A DNA stretch of 30,698 bases, taken from IMG/VR virus record IMGVR_UViG_3300028293_000019, positions 1 through 30,698 of that record. The stretch is one strand, 5' to 3'. A program made the translations under genes and the position numbers. Every line of letters starts with the position of its first letter. Positions within the stretch are counted from its first letter, which is position 1. The notes beneath the pieces were generated by a model. The model was not told the origin of the DNA. It did not search any database and saw only the letters and a program-made list of their open reading frames with translations. Of the stretch, positions 13,882 through 21,713 are shown piece by piece. This DNA is from a virus (taxonomy: Duplodnaviria; Caudoviricetes).

Positions 13882-14693
13882 GCATCCTCGTTGCGGGCGA
13901 TGCGATGGTAGACGAATACTGGCACGGCGAAGTCTCCCGCATCTCTCCCGAAGCGCCCGTCCCCGTCGTGAAGGTGCTTCGCGTCGAGCGGCGCCACGGC
14001 GCGGCGAAGAATGTCTGCGAGAACGCATCGGCCATGGGAGCGATAGTTTCGGGGCTCTACTCGCCGTCCTTCGCCGAGAACCCGATCAGGAAGATCCGCA
14101 TGATCGGGCGCGCGCAGCAGGTCTGCCGGGCAGATTTCGATCACCCGCAGGAGCCGGTGCCGCTCGAGCAGTTCAAGTGGGCGCTTGAATCTGCATCCAT
14201 CGTCGTCTTCTCCGACTACGCCAAAGGGGCGCTATCGAACGTCTACGATCTCATCACGCTCGCAAGCGAGAAGCAAAAGACCATCCTCGTCGACCCAAAG
14301 GGCCACGACTACGATCGCTACCGCGGCGCCGATGTGATAAAGCCAAATCTCGACGAGATGCGCGAGATGGTCGGCGGGTGGTCCTCCGAATCCCGCCTCG
14401 CCGAGAAGGCAGAGAAGCTCCGCGCCGACCTCGGCTTGAAGGCAATCCTCCTCACGCGCGCAGGCGAGGGCATGACGCTATTCACGCGTGGCGAGTCGCA
14501 CCACATCGCGGCCGCGGCGCAGGAAGTCTACGATGTCACGGGCGCGGGCGACACCGCGATCGCCGCGTTTGCCGTCGCCCTTGACCGGGGCTTGGACTAT
14601 ATCACCGCGGCGAGGTACGCGAACAAGGCCGCCGGCGTTGCCGTCTCGAGGTTCGGAACTGCGGTCGTTACTGAACAGGAGGTTTTCGGATGA
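13878..14693 (+). CDS. rfaE1: D-glycero-D-manno-heptose-7-phosphate kinase (HldE/RfaE domain I, PfkB family)
   Basis: GDAMVDEYWHGEVSRISPEAPVPVV, SDYAKG, VDPKG, KPNLDE and VYDVTGAGDT. Confidence 0.92.
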   Translation: MSILVAGDAMVDEYWHGEVSRISPEAPVPVVKVLRVERRHGAAKNVCENASAMGAIVSGLYSPSFAENPIRKIRMIGRAQQVCRADFDHPQEPVPLEQFKWALESASIVVFSDYAKGALSNVYDLITLASEKQKTILVDPKGHDYDRYRGADVIKPNLDEMREMVGGWSSESRLAEKAEKLRADLGLKAILLTRAGEGMTLFTRGESHHIAAAAQEVYDVTGAGDTAIAAFAVALDRGLDYITAARYANKAAGVAVSRFGTAVVTEQEVFG

Positions 14694-14881
14694 GCGAGAG
14701 ACTTTGCAAAAACTGCAAGCATCGCTTCGGCTTGTTAATTGATCGCTGTCGGCTGGCTCCTACGGAAACGCGCGTCGATCCGGTGGACGGAGCAACACTC
14801 CACCGCAGTAATACTTGTCGCAATATTCGTATCCACGGCCCATGCGGGCCGGAAGGAAAGTTGTGGGAAGCGAAGACGTGA
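14690..14881 (+). CDS. small 5-Cys protein, paralog of 20209-20427
   Basis: CKNCKH...C...DPVDG...CRNIR...CGPEGKLWE; coupled at both ends. Confidence 0.75.
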   Translation: MSERLCKNCKHRFGLLIDRCRLAPTETRVDPVDGATLHRSNTCRNIRIHGPCGPEGKLWEAKT

Positions 14882-15387
14882 ACGTAGCCGACACCATCGC
14901 CGAGCTTTTGGTCGCCCGCGGCATCACGCACGCCTTCGGCATCGTGGGCGGAGGGAACGCCACGCTCTTCGATGCGCTCTACCGGCGCCTAACGCTCGTC
15001 TGCGTTCACCACGAGCAGGCCGCCGCGATGGCCGCGACCTACTATTACCGCGTGTGCGGCAAGCTCGCACCCGTGGTTGTCACTTCAGGAGCGGGATCGG
15101 CTAACGCGATTACGGGCGTCATGGCCGCCTACATGGACTCCATCCCGCTCCTCGTTCTATCCGGAAACGAAAAGCTTGCCCACATAGACGGCAGAACGCG
15201 CATCCTCGGACTGCAGGGGTTCGACTCGAGTGCGGTTGCGTCGCATTTCACCAAACACTCCGATCGGCTGCGAAACCCCGAGTACGCCGAGCTCGTGATC
15301 GAAACCGCAATACGTGTCGCGCTCGAGCACCGCCAGGGGCCGGTCTGGGTCGACATCCCGAAGGACATCCAGAATGCGACCGTTTGA
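14878..15387 (+). CDS. ThDP-dependent enzyme (acetolactate synthase/YerE-like), stand-alone N-terminal Pyr domain
   Basis: GTGA-coupled start; AFGIVGGG, HHEQAAAMAA (catalytic Glu), VTSGAGSANAITG, GPVWVDIPKDIQ. Confidence 0.88.
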   Translation: MNVADTIAELLVARGITHAFGIVGGGNATLFDALYRRLTLVCVHHEQAAAMAATYYYRVCGKLAPVVVTSGAGSANAITGVMAAYMDSIPLLVLSGNEKLAHIDGRTRILGLQGFDSSAVASHFTKHSDRLRNPEYAELVIETAIRVALEHRQGPVWVDIPKDIQNATV

Positions 15388-16480
15388 GTCCGAGCGGCCA
15401 GTCATTATCGTGGGGCACGGCGTTCGCGCCGCGGGCGCCGCCCACCTCGTTCCGCGCCTGCTCGATCTCGGCGTCCCGGTCCTTTGCTCCTGGCAGGCGG
15501 CCGATATGGTCGACCCCGACCACGAAAACGCTTTCGGCCGCCCCGGCGTCTACGGACAGAGGTGCGCGAACAAGGTGCTCTATAACGCCGATGCCATCGT
15601 CGCGATCGGCTGCAGGCTCTCGCCCTTCACGATCGGGCACCACGGTCTGCGCAAAGATCAACTCCTCATGATGGCCGACATCGACGAGGCCGAAGCAAAG
15701 AAATTCCCCGGCTGCACGTTCCTGCGGCAGGACGCGAAGAACGCGATCGAGATCCTCCTCGCACCCGGCCCCGCGCACGAATTCGCAGACTGGCTCGCGC
15801 AGTGCAGGAAGTGGAAAGCGGAGTACCCTTGGCTCGATTCCGCCCATGTAGACGTAAACGGACACCCAAACACCTACAGGTTCATCCATGCTCTCCCAGA
15901 ACACCTTGCGCCAGATGCGATTGTCGTCACGGACATGGGCACTGCGCTCACATCTGCGTTTCAGTCGCTCAAAATCAAACCTCCGCAGCGACTTCTCACC
16001 TCTGGGGGCCTCGGTGAAATGGGCGTTGCTCTACCAGCCGCCATCGGAGCATCGTTTGCCACCGGACGGGGACCCGTTTTATGTCTCTCTTGCGACGGCG
16101 GAATGATGCTCAACCTGCAGGAATTGCAGACCATCGCGCATCACCAGCTGCCGGTGAAGATCATCGTCTTCTCGAACGACGGCTACTTGATGCTCAAGCA
16201 CACGCAGAAAGCGCAAGGCATGATGTACGCGGGCGTCGACAAGATGAGCGGCCTCTCGTGCCCCTCGTATCGCAAGCTCGCCTACGCACTCGACATCCCC
16301 GCGTGCGACATCCACTCGTGGGCCGATGCGAAAACCGCCATTCCGCAACTCTTCGCGGAGAAAGGCCCCGCGCTCGTCGAATTCTTCATGGACCCAGAGC
16401 AGCCGCTCGTACCCAAGATCGGCTACCAGATGAAGGACGGCAATCCCGTGTACGCGCAACTTGATGAGCTCTCGCCATGA
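15374..16480 (+). CDS. ThDP-dependent enzyme, central plus PP-binding domains
   Basis: AAGGA SD then ATG; RPVIIVGHG, GRPGVYGQRCAN, TDMG, SGGLGEMGVALPAAIGA; ThDP/Mg motif CDGGMMLNLQEL...SNDGY. Confidence 0.88.
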   Translation: MRPFESERPVIIVGHGVRAAGAAHLVPRLLDLGVPVLCSWQAADMVDPDHENAFGRPGVYGQRCANKVLYNADAIVAIGCRLSPFTIGHHGLRKDQLLMMADIDEAEAKKFPGCTFLRQDAKNAIEILLAPGPAHEFADWLAQCRKWKAEYPWLDSAHVDVNGHPNTYRFIHALPEHLAPDAIVVTDMGTALTSAFQSLKIKPPQRLLTSGGLGEMGVALPAAIGASFATGRGPVLCLSCDGGMMLNLQELQTIAHHQLPVKIIVFSNDGYLMLKHTQKAQGMMYAGVDKMSGLSCPSYRKLAYALDIPACDIHSWADAKTAIPQLFAEKGPALVEFFMDPEQPLVPKIGYQMKDGNPVYAQLDELSP

Positions 16481-16668
16481 AGGGACTCGAAGTGCTCGTC
16501 ACGTTTGCGCCCGAGATCCCGACGAGCGTGCAGGGCGTCGCGCTCCTGCGGCTCGAAGTGTTCCTGCGCTCTGCGACCGGCTTGGACGTTCGCGTCGTAA
16601 AGAAGCTGCAGGGCGACGACTCAAAACTCCGCATCAAGATGACGCCACAACAACGGGAATCCCTATGA
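16477..16668 (+). CDS. 63-aa hypothetical protein
   Basis: ATGA-coupled between the ThDP and radical SAM genes. Confidence 0.7.
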   Translation: MKGLEVLVTFAPEIPTSVQGVALLRLEVFLRSATGLDVRVVKKLQGDDSKLRIKMTPQQRESL

Positions 16669-17813
16669 GCACCGATTTCGACTACACCGCAACCACCGCG
16701 ATAGGCGAGCGCCAGGTCGCACTCGACGGAACCAACATCGGCTACCACAAGGAGCGCGTCGAGGCGTGGGCAAGGGGAGAAAGAGTAGCGCCTATTTTTG
16801 TCGATGTAGCGTGGACACGCCGCTGCCAGGCCGCGTGCTACTTTTGCGCGGCGCAAACGCAGTCCTCCGAGGGCGGCATCATCACGCGCGAACACGCAAT
16901 GAACTTCCTCGAGGATTCCGCCGAAATGGGCGTCCTCGCCATGAACTACATCTCGGACGGCGAATCGACGATGGTGCCGTGGTACGCGGAATCCGTTGAG
17001 CGCGCAACCGATCTCGGCATCCAGATCGGCGCCGGCACGAACGGCATTGCGACTACGCGGCCCGTCCTCGAGCGCATCCTCCCTCGGCTTCTTTCCTTCC
17101 GCGTCAACTTCTCCGCTGGCGAGAAAAAACGCTACGCCGAGATCATGGGCCTGAAGCAGCCCGTCTACGACATCGTGATCGAGAACATCCGAACTGCGGT
17201 CAGCCTCGTTCGCTCGAACGGCTGGAAGTGCGTGACGAACATGAACCTCGTGTGCGACCCCGACCAGTCAGACCAGTTGCTTCCGTTCGCGAAACTCGCG
17301 AAACAATTGGGCGTTCACTACGCGATCATCAAGCACTGTTGGGTCGACACGCACATGGATAACTCGATTCACGTCGACTACACCGGCTACGAGCGCATCC
17401 GAGACACTCTCCTCGAGTGCGAATCGCTCTCAGACGACACGACGAAGATCGTCGTCAAGTGGAATAAGCTGAAGCACAAGGGCGAGCGCGCGTACTCGAA
17501 ATGCTTCGGGCCGCCGTTCGCGCTGCAGATGTCGGGTAATGGCCTGATCGCCCCGTGCGGGCCTCTTTTCAACGAGAAGTGGCGCGCGTTTCACATCGGC
17601 AACATCACGCAGGAACGGTGGCGCGACATCTTCGCGTCCGATCGCTACTGGGAGGTGATGAAGTACATCGGCTCGGATGAATTCGACCCGAGAAAACGCT
17701 GCCCCTCGGACTGCATGCAGAACGTGACGAACGACTGGCTCTATCGCTACCTCGAAGGCAAGGTCACGTTCCCGATCACGCCGGCGCCCGCGAACGCGGC
17801 GTTCCTTGCGTGA
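16665..17813 (+). CDS. radical SAM enzyme with SPASM/twitch auxiliary cluster domain
   Basis: CQAACYFC; SDGEST; C-terminal C-x17-C (KCFG...GLIAPCG), IGNI and CPSDC; start ATG 16665. Confidence 0.9.
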   Translation: MSTDFDYTATTAIGERQVALDGTNIGYHKERVEAWARGERVAPIFVDVAWTRRCQAACYFCAAQTQSSEGGIITREHAMNFLEDSAEMGVLAMNYISDGESTMVPWYAESVERATDLGIQIGAGTNGIATTRPVLERILPRLLSFRVNFSAGEKKRYAEIMGLKQPVYDIVIENIRTAVSLVRSNGWKCVTNMNLVCDPDQSDQLLPFAKLAKQLGVHYAIIKHCWVDTHMDNSIHVDYTGYERIRDTLLECESLSDDTTKIVVKWNKLKHKGERAYSKCFGPPFALQMSGNGLIAPCGPLFNEKWRAFHIGNITQERWRDIFASDRYWEVMKYIGSDEFDPRKRCPSDCMQNVTNDWLYRYLEGKVTFPITPAPANAAFLA

Positions 17814-18229
17814 AAACCGTTCTGGCACATGGCGTATTTGACATCCTGCACATCGGGCACTTCCGACTGCTGCGGCGTGCGCACCAGTTGGGCGATGCGC
17901 TCGTCGTGTCTTTGCTCGCCGATAAGTGGGTGAAGCTCTACAAGCGCTTCGACCGCCCGATTCATTCTTTGGAAGAGCGAATCGAGCAGATGCGCGCGAT
18001 CCGCTACGTCGATGAGATCGTCGTCGTCGACGGCGCAGGGCACGAGGCCGTGCAGGAGATGATCGAGATGGTGCGCCCCGACATCTATGTGAAGGGGCTC
18101 GCATCGAAGGGCACCTTCAAGGAGGAGGATTGGGTGAGATCGCAGGGCATCCAGATGATGTTCGTCGACATGGCGAAAATCGAAGGCGAGGACATGTCCT
18201 CGTCCCGCATCCTTCAGGTTCTCTCGTGA
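17810..18229 (+). CDS. rfaE2: heptose-1-phosphate adenylyl/cytidylyltransferase-like (RfaE domain II/TagD family)
   Basis: GVFDILHIGH, DRPIHSLEER, YVDEIV, RPDIYVKG, terminal SSSRIL. Confidence 0.85.
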   Translation: MKTVLAHGVFDILHIGHFRLLRRAHQLGDALVVSLLADKWVKLYKRFDRPIHSLEERIEQMRAIRYVDEIVVVDGAGHEAVQEMIEMVRPDIYVKGLASKGTFKEEDWVRSQGIQMMFVDMAKIEGEDMSSSRILQVLS

Positions 18230-18657
18230 TCGACGAAGAAAAATTGCTCGCCGCTCTCGTCGGTGCGAAAGAATCCGGCGCGCACGTGTACCTGATCGGG
18301 AACGGCGGCTCGGCTGCAAACGCCATGCACATCGCGAACGATCTCTTTGCTGCGGGCGTTCGCGCCCACGCGCTCACCGACGTTGCAACGCTCACCGCAG
18401 TCGCGAACGACTACGGATACCTCCGCGTGTTCGAGCAGCAGGTGAAGGTGTTCGGCGAGACTGACGACATCCTGATCGCGCTCTCGGGATCGGGGCGCTC
18501 GCCCAACATCCTGATGGCGATCGACGCCGCCGAGCAGATCGGGATGCAGGTCTTCACCGTCACCGAGTACCTGAAGGACATGACCATGCAGCAAAGCGAG
18601 GAGTCGCAAGTTGCGCTCGGCCACCGGCTCATGCTCGCGCTGCGGAAGATGCAATGA
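18226..18657 (+). CDS. gmhA: sedoheptulose-7-phosphate isomerase-like SIS protein
   Basis: IGNGGSAANAMHIAND, LTAVANDYGY, DILIALSGSGRSPNI; GTG start at 18226; compact 143 aa. Confidence 0.85.
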   Translation: MIDEEKLLAALVGAKESGAHVYLIGNGGSAANAMHIANDLFAAGVRAHALTDVATLTAVANDYGYLRVFEQQVKVFGETDDILIALSGSGRSPNILMAIDAAEQIGMQVFTVTEYLKDMTMQQSEESQVALGHRLMLALRKMQ

Positions 18658-18899
18658 AGATGAACGTGCGGTGGGAGAAGCATTGGCACGAAGGACAATG
18701 GCGCCTGCGCGGTCCGGTAAACATCATCGCGTGGGTATATCGAGTGCGAACGGGATACTGGAATAGCAACAAGACCGCAATTCGTTACCACCCTCTTATT
18801 GAAAGCACATTTGGTAGTCACGACAGCATGGAGAGAAAAATGTATCTCTCTCTGGAGGAAGCCAAGCGCGCTGTCGAAAGGAAACTCAGACTCACATGA
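18654..18899 (+). CDS. hypothetical protein, lower-GC insert
   Basis: Coupled at both ends; SLEEAKRAVE C-terminal motif. Confidence 0.65.
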   Translation: MKMNVRWEKHWHEGQWRLRGPVNIIAWVYRVRTGYWNSNKTAIRYHPLIESTFGSHDSMERKMYLSLEEAKRAVERKLRLT

Positions 18900-19810
18900 A
18901 GCCAGCGTTTCTAATTAACAACCGTAACAAGGGGCGATTCGTCGCGCGCTGCCTTCGCGCAGCAATCGCGCAGACCTACCCGTGCGAGATCATCATCGCC
19001 GACTTCGCATCCACCGATAATTCGCGCGACGAGATCAAGAGCGTCCTTGCAAATACGCCGGGCCGACACCACGAAGTGCGCTACCTTGAGAACAACGAGC
19101 CGACCGAAGCCTCGATGATCGCCGTCAACCGCGCGCTCAAGTGGATGGTCGGCCAGACCGAGGCAGATTGGATCTTCCAGTGCTCGTCGGATGACTATTC
19201 GCTCCCCAATCGCATCAAGGTCTGCATGGCCGCGCTCACGCGATTGGAAAGCGAAGGCCAATCCACTTCCGGCATCGCGACGACGATGAAGTTCGAGAAC
19301 CCCGAGCGCCCCGGCGAAGTCGCCATCACCGGCTATCCGACGATGACCGGCTACGTGACGGCCGGCATCGGCCTTTCTCGCCTCGCCTACGGTTCCACCA
19401 TCTGGGGCTACTCGCGCGAATTCCTCGAAAAAGCCGAGCTCGACGTCCCCTGCACGCTGGATGTGTACCTCGGGTTCCTCGCGAGCCTGGACAAGGGCTA
19501 CTACGTCATCGCCGACCCGCAGCACGTTCACTACATGGCCGCCGACAACGAAAACATAGGCTTCCAGGGCAAGATGCGCGCCGCAGAACTGAAGGGCGAC
19601 CTGGAAGAGATGACGCGCGTGAACGAATTGAACCGATTCCAGTTGTTCGAGCTCTACCTTCTCACCGCGGCGCGCTCGCACCACCTCTACCCGATGCAGC
19701 ACGAGCTCGATCGCAACGCCATGACGCAGATGCTCATCAACCAGGCGGTCGGCTGGTACACCGAAAGGAAAAACATGCACAACAAGCGCTGGATGCCGGG
19801 GATCATATGA
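18896..19810 (+). CDS. glycosyltransferase family 2 (GT-A)
   Basis: NNRNKGRFVARCL..AIAQTY..EIIIADFASTDNS; WIFQCSSDDY DxD-equivalent. Confidence 0.85.
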   Translation: MKPAFLINNRNKGRFVARCLRAAIAQTYPCEIIIADFASTDNSRDEIKSVLANTPGRHHEVRYLENNEPTEASMIAVNRALKWMVGQTEADWIFQCSSDDYSLPNRIKVCMAALTRLESEGQSTSGIATTMKFENPERPGEVAITGYPTMTGYVTAGIGLSRLAYGSTIWGYSREFLEKAELDVPCTLDVYLGFLASLDKGYYVIADPQHVHYMAADNENIGFQGKMRAAELKGDLEEMTRVNELNRFQLFELYLLTAARSHHLYPMQHELDRNAMTQMLINQAVGWYTERKNMHNKRWMPGII

Positions 19811-19974
19811 ATTTCGCCTCTCCCGAGATGGAGGCCGCGGTGATGAAGCAGTCGGAGGATGCGCTTCGCGAGCTTGCGCTCACGTTCAGGAACGTCGGCA
19901 TCGCGAAGGCGCAGATCGCGATGATGCTGCGCTCGGTCGCAGACGAAATCGACCCGCCGAGCCTCTTGCATTGA
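19807..19974 (+). CDS. 55-aa helical hypothetical protein, absent from ORF track
   Basis: MNFASPEMEAAVMKQSEDALRELAL...; ATGA-coupled. Confidence 0.65.
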   Translation: MNFASPEMEAAVMKQSEDALRELALTFRNVGIAKAQIAMMLRSVADEIDPPSLLH

Positions 19975-19984
19975 GGAGAACGCA

Positions 19985-20212
19985 ATGGAAGAGCAAACAG
20001 TAACCACATGCACATGGCATCCGAATCCAGTCGCATTAGAAGCGAAAGACATGACACTGCGCGACTACTTCGCAGCGGCTGCGTTGCATGTCGTTGGCTC
20101 CGGGTATTCAGATACGAATATTGCACATAACTGCTACCGCTTGGCGGACGCCATGCTTGCGGAACGCGAGCGTGCTAGCGTTTATATTCACCAGAGCGCG
20201 ACCGACAAGTGA
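19985..20212 (+). CDS. conserved phage hypothetical protein
   Basis: MTLRDYFAAAAL...CYRLADAMLAER family motif; GAGGAG SD. Confidence 0.8.
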   Translation: MEEQTVTTCTWHPNPVALEAKDMTLRDYFAAAALHVVGSGYSDTNIAHNCYRLADAMLAERERASVYIHQSATDK

Positions 20213-20427
20213 AGGTTTGCATCGAATGCCGCCACTACGAGGGGCCGCAGGCGCAGGTCTACCTCGGCCCCATGACGGTCACGCAGCAGCCGGTGTGCAA
20301 GCACCCCGATGCGGTCACGCGCGACATGGTGACGGGGCGCTGCCTTTGTACCAACGAACGAAACTTCACAAAAGGATGCGGTAAACAAGGAAGACTATGG
20401 GAGCCACTGCAGAACAACCAAAAGTAA
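20209..20427 (+). CDS. small Cys-rich protein, paralog of 14690-14881
   Basis: CIECRH...C...DMVTG...CTNER...CGKQGRLWE. Confidence 0.75.
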   Translation: MKVCIECRHYEGPQAQVYLGPMTVTQQPVCKHPDAVTRDMVTGRCLCTNERNFTKGCGKQGRLWEPLQNNQK

Positions 20428-21713
20428 CCTTCGTACCCGCCGCGGTGGATGCGAAAACAACGGTCGTGCAGGAGGAACTGACCGCTCGCATCCTCGCGAG
20501 GGGCGAGCTCGAAGAAGCCTTCCGCCTCTCGCTAGAAGGCGGCCTGAACAAGTATTCGGGCGCGGCACTGCAAATGCGCGCGATGCTCAAGATGCGTCGC
20601 GGCGATCTCGATGGCGCCGAAGAACTGATCGACCGCTCGCTACGCATCGCATCGAACTACTTCGGCTGGAAGATGGCCGGCGACTGCGCGTTCCTGAAGA
20701 GCCAGTTCGACCGCGCCGAAGGCTACTACCGCAAGGCGCTTACGCTCGAGCTCACCCCCGAGGTCGTTCACGACTTGGCCGTCGCCATCGTCTCGCAGGG
20801 CCGCATCGAAGAAGCGCTCGTACACTTTCGCGAGGCGATCGCGATTGATCCGCGCCCGGACTTCTATCACCACCTCTCGATCATGTCACTCCTTGGCGGG
20901 CACCACGAGGAAGGATGGGATCTGATGAAGTGGCGCCTGCAGGTGCCGGGTGTCACCGGAACCTTCCCGAACGCGGAGAAATACTGGAACGGCGAGGATG
21001 TGACCGGCAAGGTCATCACCGTCAGGACCGAGCAGGGTTGGGGCGACGCGATCCAGTTCTCGGGCTACCTGCCTTACCTGATCGCTAGGGCGAAGAAAGT
21101 CTACGTCTTTTGCCAGCGCCCGCTGATGACGTGGTTCAAGCACTATTTTCCGAAGTGCATCCCGTGGCCGCACGACGCACCGCCGCGCCTCGATTTCGAC
21201 TATCACGTGAACATCATGTGCCTGCCGCGCCTGATAAAGCCGAAGGATTACGTGCGGCCGCCCAAAAGGGAGCACAAAGGCACGGGCGTCGGTTTTTGCT
21301 GGTACGGCTCGCCCACGCACAAAGCCGACCATTTGCGCACGGTGCCGGTTGAGCGCTTTGGGCCGATTTCCGAGGTTTTGGGCAAAAAGCTGCTTTGCCT
21401 CGGATACGGCAGATTCGACCAAAAACCGGATTTCGTGAAATACCTCGTGGAAGAGTCCCGCGACTGGCTGGAAACCTGCCGCATCGTGGAAAAACGCATC
21501 CGGCTCATCATCACCGTCGACACTGCGATTGCGCACATGGGCGGGTTCCTTGGCATCCCGACGTGGCTGCTCTTGCCCTACGTTCCGGATTTTCGTTGGG
21601 GGATGACGGGCGAGGAAACGCAGTGGTACGAGAGCGTGAAACTCTACCGGCAGCCCCGGCTCATGGACTGGGATTCGGTCTTCGAGCGCGTGAAGCAGGA
21701 CGTGGCCCGATGA
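20397..21713 (+). CDS. TPR-repeat protein fused to a GT9-like (heptosyltransferase-related, GT-B) domain
   Basis: TPRs (AEGYYRKAL, GRIEEALVHFREAIAIDP); WNGEDVTGK...EQGWGDAIQFSGY; ITVDTAIAHMGGFLGIPTW...DFRW...WYESVKLYRQ. Confidence 0.85.
   Translation: MGATAEQPKVTFVPAAVDAKTTVVQEELTARILARGELEEAFRLSLEGGLNKYSGAALQMRAMLKMRRGDLDGAEELIDRSLRIASNYFGWKMAGDCAFLKSQFDRAEGYYRKALTLELTPEVVHDLAVAIVSQGRIEEALVHFREAIAIDPRPDFYHHLSIMSLLGGHHEEGWDLMKWRLQVPGVTGTFPNAEKYWNGEDVTGKVITVRTEQGWGDAIQFSGYLPYLIARAKKVYVFCQRPLMTWFKHYFPKCIPWPHDAPPRLDFDYHVNIMCLPRLIKPKDYVRPPKREHKGTGVGFCWYGSPTHKADHLRTVPVERFGPISEVLGKKLLCLGYGRFDQKPDFVKYLVEESRDWLETCRIVEKRIRLIITVDTAIAHMGGFLGIPTWLLLPYVPDFRWGMTGEETQWYESVKLYRQPRLMDWDSVFERVKQDVAR

Noticed and set aside
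14878-16480. ilvB/ilvI auxiliary gene for branched-chain amino acid synthesis
   Set aside because: No regulatory subunit or other ilv genes; sugar-nucleotide context and motifs fit the YerE-like subgroup better, so no gene symbol was assigned.
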